Below are positions 7,568 to 16,497 of a stretch of DNA of 64,000 nt, piece after piece; within the stretch, counting starts at the first letter, position 1, and every line of letters starts with the position of its first letter. The DNA lies in the IMG/VR virus record IMGVR_UViG_3300013094_000041. One strand, written 5' to 3'. This DNA is from an uncultured virus (IMG/VR IMGVR_UViG_3300013094_000041) (Duplodnaviria > Heunggongvirae > Uroviricota > Caudoviricetes). Below the pieces are notes generated by a model, which was given only the letters and a program-made list of their open reading frames with translations, was not told where the DNA came from and searched no databases. A program made the translations under genes and the position numbers.

Positions 7568-7683
7568 GCTTCACGATATATCAATCGAATGGACTTAGGG
7601 TGATCCAATGGTTCAAGACGGTAGACGAACTAATAGCCAGCATGATAGCCAATCCGCATGATGCTTATCATAGGAATAACTAA
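7564..7683 (+). CDS. 39-aa hypothetical protein
   Basis: MSFTIYQSNGLRVIQWFKTVDELIASMIANPHDAYHRNN. Fills the gap exactly between coupled genes. Confidence 0.5.
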   Translation: MSFTIYQSNGLRVIQWFKTVDELIASMIANPHDAYHRNN

Positions 7684-8661
7684 GTGAACTATCTATCTGT
7701 ATGTTCTGGCGTAGAGGCAGCTACTGTCGCCTGGCATGACCTTGGTTTTAATCCAGTGGCATTTTCAGAGATTGAGAAATTTCCATCGGATGTATTAAAG
7801 CATCATTACCCTCACGTCCCTAACATGGGAGACATGACTAAATATAAAGAATGGAATCTAAATGAATCAATTGACCTTTTGGTCGGAGGAACCCCATGCC
7901 AATCCTTCTCAGTCGCTGGCCTTCGCAAAGGACTTGAAGACTCAAGAGGGAACCTTGCCCTTACCTATGTTGGAATTCTTGACAAGTTTAGACCCAAGTG
8001 GTGCGTATGGGAAAACGTGCCAGGTGTCCTCAGTTCTAATGGAGGACGGGATCTTGGTTCCTTCCTTGGGGCGCTGGTCGAACTCGGCTATGGGTTTTCA
8101 TATAGGGTGCTTGACGCTGTCCACTTCGGAACACCACAGCGCAGGCGTAGAGTCTTCGTTGTTGGATGTCTTGGAAACTGGGAGTCTCCCGCAAAAGTTT
8201 TATTTGAGTCCGAGAGCTTGCGCAGGGATACTCCGCAGAGCAGAGAAAAGAAAAAAGAAACTCCCGGAATCACTACAAACCGCCTTGTTGCTTTTGGCGA
8301 ATACTCTACAGACGGAACGGCCAGCACCATAAAGGCAAGAGATTACAAGGATGCTACAGACTTAATCGTCATTGACCGTGCAGCATTTAATCAAGGTGAG
8401 AATGCTTTGTATGAACCGTACATAGAATCTACCGAGACGATGCCAACATTGATCTCAAGAGGGCCTCATGCAGTCTTCCATAGGATGGCAGTTCGCCGCC
8501 TCACCCCAATTGAATGCGAGCGTCTTCAAGGATTTCCCGATGATTACACAAACATTAAAGAGAAGTGTCCCGATGGCGCACGATATAAAGCAATGGGCAA
8601 TAGCATGGCAGTCCCAGTTATGCGCTGGATTGGTAAAAGAATAATGGAGAATAACGTATGA
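7684..8661 (+). CDS. DNA (cytosine-5)-methyltransferase
   Basis: Motif I variant (SVCSGVEA), GGTPCQSFS catalytic motif, WENVPG, PQRRRRVF, RRLTPIECERLQGFP and YKAMGNS. Confidence 0.93.
   Translation: MNYLSVCSGVEAATVAWHDLGFNPVAFSEIEKFPSDVLKHHYPHVPNMGDMTKYKEWNLNESIDLLVGGTPCQSFSVAGLRKGLEDSRGNLALTYVGILDKFRPKWCVWENVPGVLSSNGGRDLGSFLGALVELGYGFSYRVLDAVHFGTPQRRRRVFVVGCLGNWESPAKVLFESESLRRDTPQSREKKKETPGITTNRLVAFGEYSTDGTASTIKARDYKDATDLIVIDRAAFNQGENALYEPYIESTETMPTLISRGPHAVFHRMAVRRLTPIECERLQGFPDDYTNIKEKCPDGARYKAMGNSMAVPVMRWIGKRIMENNV
7862..8332 (+). CDS. nested alternative-frame ORF resembling the beta polypeptide of M.EcoHK31I-type methyltransferases
   Basis: 156 codons open in another frame inside the MTase gene, ending SSLLDVLETGSLPQKFYLSPRACAGILRRAEKRKKKLP. 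Confidence 0.6.
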   Translation: MNQLTFWSEEPHANPSQSLAFAKDLKTQEGTLPLPMLEFLTSLDPSGAYGKTCQVSSVLMEDGILVPSLGRWSNSAMGFHIGCLTLSTSEHHSAGVESSLLDVLETGSLPQKFYLSPRACAGILRRAEKRKKKLPESLQTALLLLANTLQTERPAP

Positions 8662-9443
8662 GTTTTGTACAATTCGCTGAGCAGCATGGTTTGATCATTG
8701 ATCATGTGTTACTAGACAGATGGGTGCGTTGTCCTACAACAGACAAACCCAATAAACGCAATGGTTCATACATATTTGATGGCCGACAGGGCGCGGTTAA
8801 GAACTGGGCGGTGCATGAGAAGGCTATTCCATTTTTTGATGATGATCCTAGAGTTCAGTTGGTTACTCGTCGTGCGCCAGTAGAGGATAAGACGATTGAG
8901 CGCCGCAAGAAGGCCGCCAATAAAGCAGCCTGGATACTGACTCAGCCCGTTAAGTCTACACACCCGTACCTGGCCAACAAAGGATTTCCTGACATTAAAG
9001 GTTATGTATGGAACAAGTTGCTTGTCATTCCCATGCGTGTTGGCGATGGCCTGGTTGGCTGCCAGCTCATTGATCCTGATGGTAATAAGCGTTTTTTATC
9101 CGGCCAAAGAACCAAAGGTGCGTCCTTTTGTTTCGATAATAAGGGTCCAATCATCTTATGCGAGGGATTTGCGACCGCTCTTTCAATTCGCCGCGTACTC
9201 AAGATGGCAAGAAGGCGCTATACGCTGCACGTTTGTTTCTCTGCTAGCAATATTGTTGAGGTAGCCAAACAATTTCCGGAATGTTTTATCGTAGCGGACA
9301 ATGATCCTATGGGTATTCGCATGGCCAAGAAGACCGGCCAACCTTACTGGATTTCACCAGTAGATGGAGAAGACTTTAACGACTTCGAGCTTCGTGCTAC
9401 ACCCAATGAAGCGCTTGAATCATTGAAGGCGTTCAGAAGGTGA
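8658..9443 (+). CDS. Toprim-domain DNA primase
   Basis: HPYL..KG, Q.I..DG.KRFL.G, CEGFATALS, IVADND and DFND Toprim motifs. Confidence 0.85.
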   Translation: MSFVQFAEQHGLIIDHVLLDRWVRCPTTDKPNKRNGSYIFDGRQGAVKNWAVHEKAIPFFDDDPRVQLVTRRAPVEDKTIERRKKAANKAAWILTQPVKSTHPYLANKGFPDIKGYVWNKLLVIPMRVGDGLVGCQLIDPDGNKRFLSGQRTKGASFCFDNKGPIILCEGFATALSIRRVLKMARRRYTLHVCFSASNIVEVAKQFPECFIVADNDPMGIRMAKKTGQPYWISPVDGEDFNDFELRATPNEALESLKAFRR

Positions 9444-9614
9444 TTGAATGAATATGCTGTCGCGTACTAAGTGAATGTTGCCATTTCCAGAAGAGCTGCC
9501 TACCATATCATCAGCAAGCAATAAAGATTGGACGGGGTTTCCTATTACTTCTATGGAAACCTCAACTTTGCCAGCTTTAGCGCCGTCCTTTAAATAAATA
9601 ATTACTGCGTCCAT
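9420..9614 (-). CDS. hypothetical protein
   Basis: ORF with a probable start at MDAVIIYL. Confidence 0.45.
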   Translation of the reverse strand: MDAVIIYLKDGAKAGKVEVSIEVIGNPVQSLLLADDMVGSSSGNGNIHLVRDSIFIQSPSERLQ

Positions 9615-9752
9615 AAGTAGCCTTTTGCTTTTGGTTATAGCTGAGAGCAGCATTCCCTATCATACAGGAAAGCCGCCCTAGCTTACAACCAGCATATTAT
9701 TACTGCAAATAAACCGAATAAAAACACACAAACGACATCTTCTGCACTTAAT

Positions 9753-9938
9753 TCATCCATGATTTACCCCTATTCCATGAGCTTGCTCGATTAGCTTGAC
9801 AAATTCAAACAGAGGGACGGCCTGTGTCCGATCCACTCTTTCATATAGCTTTATGATCTCAATCCTAGAAAGCGGCATAGAAATAGCCACCTTCTCAAGC
9901 TTAAGTATGTCATCAAAAAACTTTTTTTCGTTACTCAT
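9753..9938 (-). CDS. hypothetical protein
   Basis: GAGGAGG RBS. Ends in IEQAHGI, a common phage C-terminus. Confidence 0.55.
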   Translation of the reverse strand: MSNEKKFFDDILKLEKVAISMPLSRIEIIKLYERVDRTQAVPLFEFVKLIEQAHGIGVNHG

Positions 9939-10101
9939 CCGGGTCCTCCTCGCATAAATCGACGTCCGTTACCTCGGCGTCCATAGTATTGTCATCGGCA
10001 AACTCATCGAGCGCAAACTCTTCTGCATCGCCTGGGTTCTCAGCGTCAACGCAATAGGTTTTGCTGCCGGAATAGTAGATTGTTACTGTAAATGGTGTCA
10101 T
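9931..10101 (-). CDS. small acidic hypothetical protein (not in ORF track)
   Basis: MTPFTVTIYYSGSKTYCVDAENPGDAEEFA... with an AAGGA RBS. Confidence 0.55.
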   Translation of the reverse strand: MTPFTVTIYYSGSKTYCVDAENPGDAEEFALDEFADDNTMDAEVTDVDLCEEDPDE

Positions 10102-10246
10102 TTCTGTTCCTTTAGTTGATTGTATTCCCGCATGACGTAATGCAAGTTCTTGCGGTAAATAGCCTTATACTGCTCACTTTTATATAGTATGCCATCCTGG
10201 AGGCGCTTTATCGATGCCTCCAGTTGTTTTAGCCTTGTGCTATCGG

Positions 10247-10642
10247 TCATTGCGCGCCTCGGCTATACACGATCTCGCCGCGGTATTCTGATGGCACGAG
10301 GTACTCAAGGCCACGCGCCCAGGCCACGTCTTCAATATCCTCCGGCGCTAGCTTTACGATATCGTCCAGGCAGTGAATGATGGCGATAGGGTACGCGTCA
10401 TTACCCTTCATAAACTCGCCAAATTCAAAATCGCCAAACCATACCTCTAATTTCTCTTTTTTCATAGTAGCGTCATGCTCCAATTGGTTTTTAATAATCG
10501 CGTCGCACTCTTCCAATAGAAAAGTATTTGCGCCCGTTGCCATATCCCATAGACATTCGTCGGTGTCCGTATCAATCACCATATAGCCTAGTGCTGATAC
10601 CTGTTTAGGTTGATACCTTAGTTTTACTTTATACATTGTCAT
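10247..10642 (-). CDS. hypothetical protein
   Basis: ORF with a GAGG RBS in the co-oriented early block. Confidence 0.55.
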   Translation of the reverse strand: MTMYKVKLRYQPKQVSALGYMVIDTDTDECLWDMATGANTFLLEECDAIIKNQLEHDATMKKEKLEVWFGDFEFGEFMKGNDAYPIAIIHCLDDIVKLAPEDIEDVAWARGLEYLVPSEYRGEIVYSRGAQ

Positions 10643-10786
10643 TTTTATCCTCTTGCTTTTCTGTTATCACTTGCCCGTACTGGTTTATATGGTACGCGTC
10701 GCCGGTTTCCTTGGCCTTGTATAGCTCGCGCTCTCTCCATCGTGCGGCCGCTTCCATGTATTTCGCCGCGTCTTTATCTGCTTGGC

Positions 10787-10969
10787 TCATAACTCACCCC
10801 CTATTAACGTGCCTGTATCTACTTTATAGCTTCGTGCTAGTTCATCCGATAGCCTGGATAGGTGATAGGCTGCGTCACCCTCCGGCATATCTAGAATGGC
10901 AGCCACGCGCTGGTATATGTACTTTGTGGAAACAGTACTATTGCCCCATCCATTGTCATAATCAATCAT
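10787..10969 (-). CDS. hypothetical protein
   Basis: GAGGAGG RBS. Confidence 0.55.
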   Translation of the reverse strand: MIDYDNGWGNSTVSTKYIYQRVAAILDMPEGDAAYHLSRLSDELARSYKVDTGTLIGGEL

Positions 10970-11106
10970 GTTAAAACCTCCTCAAAATAGCCTTGTACTG
11001 CACACCATATATAAAATAGCCTTATGCTTTAGGCTATAACTTAGCTCGAATTTTTCGCAAAATCGGCCCGGCGGCGCTCGATTAAAAGCGCCCGCGGTCG
11101 GATTTT

Positions 11107-11376
11107 TTAGGTATTCCACAAGTTCAAAATGCGCTTATGCTCGCGCGCTGCCTGGTTCAATTCCTGGGCCAGGTCGTCGCCGCTTATGGCTTTAATCCAC
11201 CCGCGGCCGGTCCATTGCCCCCGGTGATAGTCTAGCTCTATCCAATTTTCACCCCATTGTAGGCTTATGGCCTCCGCTCCCGCTTTGGTGGCGGTTTTAA
11301 TCCGCGCCATTACTTGCGCCCTGGAAGGTTTGCGCCCGGTGAAAAAATCTTCATAGATTGGTTTTAATTCGCTCAT
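11107..11376 (-). CDS. hypothetical protein
   Basis: AAGGG RBS in the early block. Confidence 0.6.
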   Translation of the reverse strand: MSELKPIYEDFFTGRKPSRAQVMARIKTATKAGAEAISLQWGENWIELDYHRGQWTGRGWIKAISGDDLAQELNQAAREHKRILNLWNT

Positions 11377-11500
11377 TTTGATCCCTTTAGATTAACTATA
11401 AATTGACGCGCCAGGCGGCGCTCTTTTGCCACCTGGTACGGCTTAGCGTACAGAATGGCGTTAATTTTCCAAATGCTTACCCAATACGCGGCGGGCTTCA

Positions 11501-12214
11501 TTAGGCGGCTTCCATCATAAATACGCGGGCTGCTTTTTTGGCTTGCGTACCATGCGCCGGAAAACCTATGATCACCTCGCGGCTGCTAATTGCGCACAAT
11601 TTGCAGGTGGCGCAGCTTATCCCCTCGCGAATGGCTGCCGGGCATACTACAATTTTCCGGCCGCCTGGCGTTACGGTGTTTTCCTTTTGATCAATAGGTA
11701 ATACGGTCACAACTGGGCCAAGGTTAAGCGCTGCCAAGTCGTCGGCGTGTTCCGGCGTGTTAGCGCTTAGGTTTACAGTAAAACCCCAAGTATTGCAGCC
11801 CTTAATATAGGCGGCATTATTGCCCTGGCGCGGGTTGTAGTGGGTATAAGTAAAGCCCCGGCGGCCTATATTGGCCTTAACCAGGTCTCCAAGTGCTGCG
11901 CCGTCAAGCTCTAGGCCGTCCCCTGGAAGGTCGCCCGCTTGATTATGTCGCCACAATTGGCCCGGTGGTAGTGCTGCGATTTTGTCGCAAAAATCCGCGA
12001 AGCAATCGCCCCTATCGCCGCGGGTAACGGCGTCCCAGTGTAATTTGAGCGGCCCGGAACCGGCATAGCAGCCTTGGTCGTTATTAAATGGGCAATCCGG
12101 CGGGCAAGTCGCCGCGCTTGTGGTACTTACTGGAATGGGCCCGGTTTTCTCATTGGCGCTCTTAGGTGTTAAGTGAAAGCGCAGCCCCGCCGCTATTTTG
12201 GTTTTATTGTGCAT
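11501..12214 (-). CDS. Cys-rich putative Fe-S protein (phage gp88-like / radical-SAM-like)
   Basis: N.KTG...TCPPDCPF..GCYA, RHNQAGD, FTYTH, FTVNLSA and CPA...CATCKLCA...FPAHG. Confidence 0.6.
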   Translation of the reverse strand: MHNKTKIAAGLRFHLTPKSANEKTGPIPVSTTSAATCPPDCPFNNDQGCYAGSGPLKLHWDAVTRGDRGDCFADFCDKIAALPPGQLWRHNQAGDLPGDGLELDGAALGDLVKANIGRRGFTYTHYNPRQGNNAAYIKGCNTWGFTVNLSANTPEHADDLAALNLGPVVTVLPIDQKENTVTPGGRKIVVCPAAIREGISCATCKLCAISSREVIIGFPAHGTQAKKAARVFMMEAA

Positions 12215-12434
12215 TATTACCCCCTATATGGATTATTTGGAAGTGTTCGCGCATAAAGCGCTTAATATCGTCCGCGCGCTGCATGTCGTCCAGGGCCTTA
12301 TTGGCATGGTCTAAAATCTCGCGTTCGTCTGGTGAATCGTCCCCGGTTAATAAGTCGCGCATGTCGCGCACCAGGTCCACCAGGTACGCAACGCGGCCCG
12401 CGTCGCTCATCTTGTTTAAGTCAATAGTAATCAT
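12204..12434 (-). CDS. hypothetical protein
   Basis: GGAGGGG RBS before MITIDLNK. Confidence 0.55.
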   Translation of the reverse strand: MITIDLNKMSDAGRVAYLVDLVRDMRDLLTGDDSPDEREILDHANKALDDMQRADDIKRFMREHFQIIHIGGNNAQ

Positions 12435-12631
12435 TATTTCCCCTCCGAATCGTATCCATCGAACCAAGGCCCGCGGCGCTCGGTTAATTGCTGGGCCGGT
12501 TTGCCCTTTGCGGTGCTGCTGCTGGTTTCCGGATTACCGCACCAGGCGCGCGCCTCTTCCAAGGTATGACCGCGCGAAATTGTGCGGCGGCCCCCGTTTT
12601 TAAAAAATCTGATAATTTTGTAAGTGTCCAT
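12434..12631 (-). CDS. conserved phage early protein (TLEEARAWC..PETSS..WFDGY)
   Basis: Recognisable small phage protein pattern with an RBS. Confidence 0.65.
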   Translation of the reverse strand: MDTYKIIRFFKNGGRRTISRGHTLEEARAWCGNPETSSSTAKGKPAQQLTERRGPWFDGYDSEGK

Positions 12632-12642
12632 AAATCCCCCGT

Positions 12643-12828
12643 TTAGTTAGATGTCGCAGCGGAAAACGCGTCGGCTGCGCCCCGCTTTTTTGCTGCCGTT
12701 TTTACCTGGGCAATGATTCGCAGCCCGCCTTTAAAGCTATAGCCAATAGTTGAAGCCCTGGCAGCTTTTAAAGTCTTGAACTTGTGGATAGTCCCGCTTG
12801 CGTCTTTGATTGTGTAATAAGTGCTCAT
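12643..12828 (-). CDS. hypothetical protein
   Basis: AAGGGG RBS. Confidence 0.55.
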   Translation of the reverse strand: MSTYYTIKDASGTIHKFKTLKAARASTIGYSFKGGLRIIAQVKTAAKKRGAADAFSAATSN

Positions 12829-12837
12829 AATTCCCCC

Positions 12838-13029
12838 TTAGTAAGTAAAACCAATATAAACAACTGTAGAACCCTTGAGCAGCAACTCGCGGCAAATGTC
12901 GGCGCAGTCGTCGGCCTGGTATTTTTTAGAGCTGCGGCAGTACTCGCCGCGACGATACACGGCGGCAGCGTCCGGTTTGCGTTTAAAAAATTCGCCGCGC
13001 GGTAGATCTTTAAGTAATGCAGCTTGCAT
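12838..13029 (-). CDS. hypothetical protein
   Basis: AAGGGGG RBS. LKDLPRGEFFKRK...YIGFTY. Confidence 0.6.
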   Translation of the reverse strand: MQAALLKDLPRGEFFKRKPDAAAVYRRGEYCRSSKKYQADDCADICRELLLKGSTVVYIGFTY

Positions 13030-13040
13030 AATTTCCCCCT

Positions 13041-13190
13041 TTAAAATTGATTCAATTCAATAACTACAATGAAAGCAACCATTGCAACCAGGAAGCAAGA
13101 TAAGAGCGCGCTAGAATGAAGCGCAACAGCTGCCAGGCCAAGCAATGCAAAGGCCGCCAGGTATAGGACTTTAAATAAGTGTAGTGACAT
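13041..13190 (-). CDS. 49-aa hydrophobic membrane peptide (not in ORF track)
   Basis: MSLHLFKVLYLAAFALLGLAAVALHSSALLSCFLVAMVAFIVVIELNQF with an AAGGGG RBS. Confidence 0.55.
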   Translation of the reverse strand: MSLHLFKVLYLAAFALLGLAAVALHSSALLSCFLVAMVAFIVVIELNQF

Positions 13191-13202
13191 ATAACTTCCC
13201 CC

Positions 13203-13454
13203 TTAATAGTTCAAAGCGATAGGAAAAGACTTCCAATTGATACCCATATCTTCTAAACGCTGCGCCGCGCTCATATCTAAACATGTAAGCATGCAGTCCC
13301 AATACTGGGAAGAGTTAATCTCGCAATGGCTGCAATTCTCTTGATCTATGTTTTGATCAGTAATATATGACCATCCAGCGCCTACAGGCTTAGAGGCTTG
13401 CCAGGCTTGATCTATAAGGCTTGCGCGGCTTTCGTATTCTTTCATTGTTGCCAT
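13203..13454 (-). CDS. hypothetical protein, first gene of the leftward early block
   Basis: GGAGG RBS, downstream of a promoter-like sequence. Confidence 0.6.
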   Translation of the reverse strand: MATMKEYESRASLIDQAWQASKPVGAGWSYITDQNIDQENCSHCEINSSQYWDCMLTCLDMSAAQRLEDMGINWKSFPIALNY

Positions 13455-13495
13455 AAATCCTCCGATGTATTGATTAAAACATTTACTACATATTG

Positions 13496-13525
13496 ATATT
13501 ACTACACTTTAGAAAATAGGTGCAA
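13496..13525 (-). promoter_or_regulatory. putative leftward early promoter
   Basis: Minus strand TTGCAC-18 bp-TAATAT. Confidence 0.4.
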
Positions 13526-13747
13526 TTGTTGACTAAATCAAAGGGTTATTGCGTCGCCCTGGTACGCGCTCTAGGTGATTACCTGGCAGCGGAAAACCGG
13601 TCGGCAGCCGTCGCGTTATTGGCTGCAAGTGCTGCGTTTTTTGCGGGCCGGCATTGTTTACCTGGTAACGGCTTGGCAACTCTTCCAGTAGGGAGAGATA
13701 CAACTATAGGAAGTGAGATAAGCGTAGATTATTTCCAGGTGCAATGA

Positions 13748-13775
13748 TTGCAAATAACACTTATTCCCTTACTAT
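13748..13775 (+). promoter_or_regulatory. putative promoter for terS
   Basis: TTGCAA-16 bp-TACTAT. Confidence 0.4.
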
Positions 13776-13807
13776 TGGGCTATTCCAATTAAATACCCTA
13801 TTTAGAG

Positions 13808-14599
13808 ATGACTCTTAAGCGTAAAGATATCCAGGCGAAACTAAAAGAGAAGGCCTTAGAGATCCCTCTCGATGTCCTATTGACTGGCAAGCGCAATAGG
13901 AACTTGACCAAGAAAATGCAAGGCTTTGCCGTTGACCTGGCAACAGGTGAAACCAAGGCCCAGGCTTACCGGAATAACTACAACTCCACCGGCAAACCTA
14001 AGACGCAAGGCAATGAAGGAAGCCGCCTGGCAAAGCACCCCGAAATAGCTAAGGAAGTCGAACTGATAACGGAGGCTTTAGAGGCTGCTGCAGCGTATAC
14101 AGCAGGACAATTGAGAGGGCTAGTAATTGGACGCCTAACAAAGGAAGCTGTAGACATGGAAAGCCCCGCAGCGTCGCGCATTACCGCGCTTAAGGCCCTT
14201 GGCCAGGTGAGCGAGATCGCCGCATTTACTGAGCGCAAAGAGATCCACCAGGTTAATAGTAGCGATGACGTGCGCGCTCAACTGCTGGCCATGATACAGG
14301 GCGCGATGACTGACCAGGTGCGAACCATAGACCAGGACGATGACGCGGCCGAGCTGCTTGGAATGATCCAGGCTGCCAATGGAAACGGCCAGGGCGCGAC
14401 CCCACCGGAGGCCGACCCCCACTTGGATAAAATTGATGGGTCCTCTGCAATACATACTAATCCACTCAAACAATTACCATCAGATAGCTTGGAAACGTTT
14501 CCAGGCTCCGAAGGGGTGGGGGGTACAAATTTTCAGGAATCTAGGGAAAACCCTAATATAGGTGAAACACCCCCTTCTGTTTCTGATACACAAGGGTAG
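13808..14599 (+). CDS. terS: terminase small subunit-like protein
   Basis: HTH LTKKMQGFA...KAQAYRNNY and ASRITALKALG..FTERKE. Lies upstream of terL. Confidence 0.7.
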   Translation: MTLKRKDIQAKLKEKALEIPLDVLLTGKRNRNLTKKMQGFAVDLATGETKAQAYRNNYNSTGKPKTQGNEGSRLAKHPEIAKEVELITEALEAAAAYTAGQLRGLVIGRLTKEAVDMESPAASRITALKALGQVSEIAAFTERKEIHQVNSSDDVRAQLLAMIQGAMTDQVRTIDQDDDAAELLGMIQAANGNGQGATPPEADPHLDKIDGSSAIHTNPLKQLPSDSLETFPGSEGVGGTNFQESRENPNIGETPPSVSDTQG

Positions 14600-14788
14600 G
14601 GGGGTATATATTTTGGAAAAACTAAGACACATCATAGATGAGTTAAAGACAATGCAACGCATAGATTACGCACCCGGCGGCTATAGTTACATTATTCTCA
14701 ATGATGCTATAGAGCTATTGACGATGGTTCACGATGCTGAGGCTTGCGCCAGTAACCCAATGACATTTCATGAGTTGGAGTGCGGTAA

Positions 14789-15013
14789 ATGACTAAGAAT
14801 CAAGCTACCGTCTATAAGGTCATCGATGAATGGTGGAAGATGTATGGCTTTGCTCCGTCTATAGATGAAGTGATGGAAATGGCAGAACTGACAGGACGCG
14901 GCCATACTCACCGTATCATGAAACAATTGTGTGAAGCTGGACACTGTAAAAGAATTCCAAACCGCGCCCGCAGTATCCGACCATCTTACTTACGAATTCG
15001 AGATATCGATTGA
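14789..15013 (+). CDS. LexA-type winged-helix DNA-binding protein (no peptidase domain)
   Basis: MTKNQATVY..I..WW...GFAPSIDEV...RARSIR, the LexA N-domain pattern. Confidence 0.75.
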   Translation: MTKNQATVYKVIDEWWKMYGFAPSIDEVMEMAELTGRGHTHRIMKQLCEAGHCKRIPNRARSIRPSYLRIRDID

Positions 15014-16497
15014 ATATCAACGCGTTAATCTCTAGTCTTCCAAAGAGCGAACAAGCGGCCTTGTTTGATCTTGCAACGCAATATAAAGACTCATTAGAGC
15101 GCGAAGGCTCTCAAAAAGACTTTATGAAATTTGTCCATAATATGTGGCCAGGTTTTATTGATGGCGCACATCACAAGATTATGGCTAAGAAGTTCCAAGA
15201 AATCGCTGAAGGCAAATGCCGGAGATTGATTATTAATATGCCGCCACGGCATACCAAATCTGAGTTCGCATCCTATATGTTACCAGCGTGGTTCTTAGGA
15301 AACTTTCCGGGTAAGAAAATTATTCAGACATCGAACACAGCGGAGCTGGCAGTGGGGTTTGGGCGGAAGGTAAGGAACCTTGTAGGTTCCGAAGCTTATG
15401 CCAAGATATTTCCAAATGTGGGACTCAAATCAGACAATAAAGCAGCGGGACGCTGGAGTACGGGGGCGGGGGGTGACTACTTCGCGATTGGTGTAGGCGG
15501 TACTGTTACTGGTAAAGGTGCGGATTTGTTGATTATTGACGATCCACACTCAGAACAAGAAGCAGCAATAGCGGCTACTAATCCCGAAGTCTACGATAAA
15601 GTCTATGAATGGTATTCATCAGGTCCTCGTCAGCGACTTCAGCCTGGAGGCGCAATTGTAGTCGTTATGACCCGTTGGAGCCTAAAGGATTTGACTGGTA
15701 GGATTTTAAAGTCTTCAATTGAACGAGATGGGGATGAGTGGGAGGTCATTAACTTTCCCGCAATTTTGCCCAACGATAAACCACTTTGGCCCGCATTTTG
15801 GCCGCTAAATGAACTCCTTGCGCTGAAGGAAGAGTTGCCAGTTTCCAAGTGGAATGCACAGTATCAACAAAGCCCAACCTCAGAAGAGGGTGCTTTAGTT
15901 AAGAGAGAGTGGTGGAAGAAGTGGGAAGGCGACCGCGCCCCACCTTGTGACTTTATTATTCAATCTTGGGATACTGCCTTTACAAAGACCGAGCGTTCAG
16001 ACTACTCTGCTTGCACGACCTGGGGAGTTTTTTATAAAGATGAAGACAAAAAAGACCCAAATATTATTCTTTTGGATGCTTATAAAGAACGTCTTGAATT
16101 CCCAGAGCTAAAGAAAAAAGCTTTAGAAATGTACAAAGAATGGGAGCCACATGCATTTGTTATTGAGGGTAAAGCTTCTGGTATGCCATTAATCTTTGAA
16201 TTACGTAGGATGGGTATACCCGTACAAGAGTTTACACCTACACGCGGGAATGATAAGATAGCCCGACTGAACTCCGTAACAGATTTATTTGCGTCTGGAA
16301 AAGTATGGGCGCCGGGAACAAGATGGGCTGATGAAGTGATGGAAGAGATGGCGGCTTTTCCGAACTCGGATCACGATGACTTAGTGGACTCTGCCACTCA
16401 AGCTTTAATCCGGTTCAGGAAAGGTGGATTTATTACATTACCTTCAGATGACGACGATGACGAACCTATGTACAGAAGAAAGGCTGCGTACTACTAA
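15010..16497 (+). CDS. terL: terminase large subunit
   Basis: INMPPRHTKS Walker A, LIIDDP Walker B, and RNase H-like SWDTA and HDDLVDS motifs. Confidence 0.95.
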   Translation: MNINALISSLPKSEQAALFDLATQYKDSLEREGSQKDFMKFVHNMWPGFIDGAHHKIMAKKFQEIAEGKCRRLIINMPPRHTKSEFASYMLPAWFLGNFPGKKIIQTSNTAELAVGFGRKVRNLVGSEAYAKIFPNVGLKSDNKAAGRWSTGAGGDYFAIGVGGTVTGKGADLLIIDDPHSEQEAAIAATNPEVYDKVYEWYSSGPRQRLQPGGAIVVVMTRWSLKDLTGRILKSSIERDGDEWEVINFPAILPNDKPLWPAFWPLNELLALKEELPVSKWNAQYQQSPTSEEGALVKREWWKKWEGDRAPPCDFIIQSWDTAFTKTERSDYSACTTWGVFYKDEDKKDPNIILLDAYKERLEFPELKKKALEMYKEWEPHAFVIEGKASGMPLIFELRRMGIPVQEFTPTRGNDKIARLNSVTDLFASGKVWAPGTRWADEVMEEMAAFPNSDHDDLVDSATQALIRFRKGGFITLPSDDDDDEPMYRRKAAYY

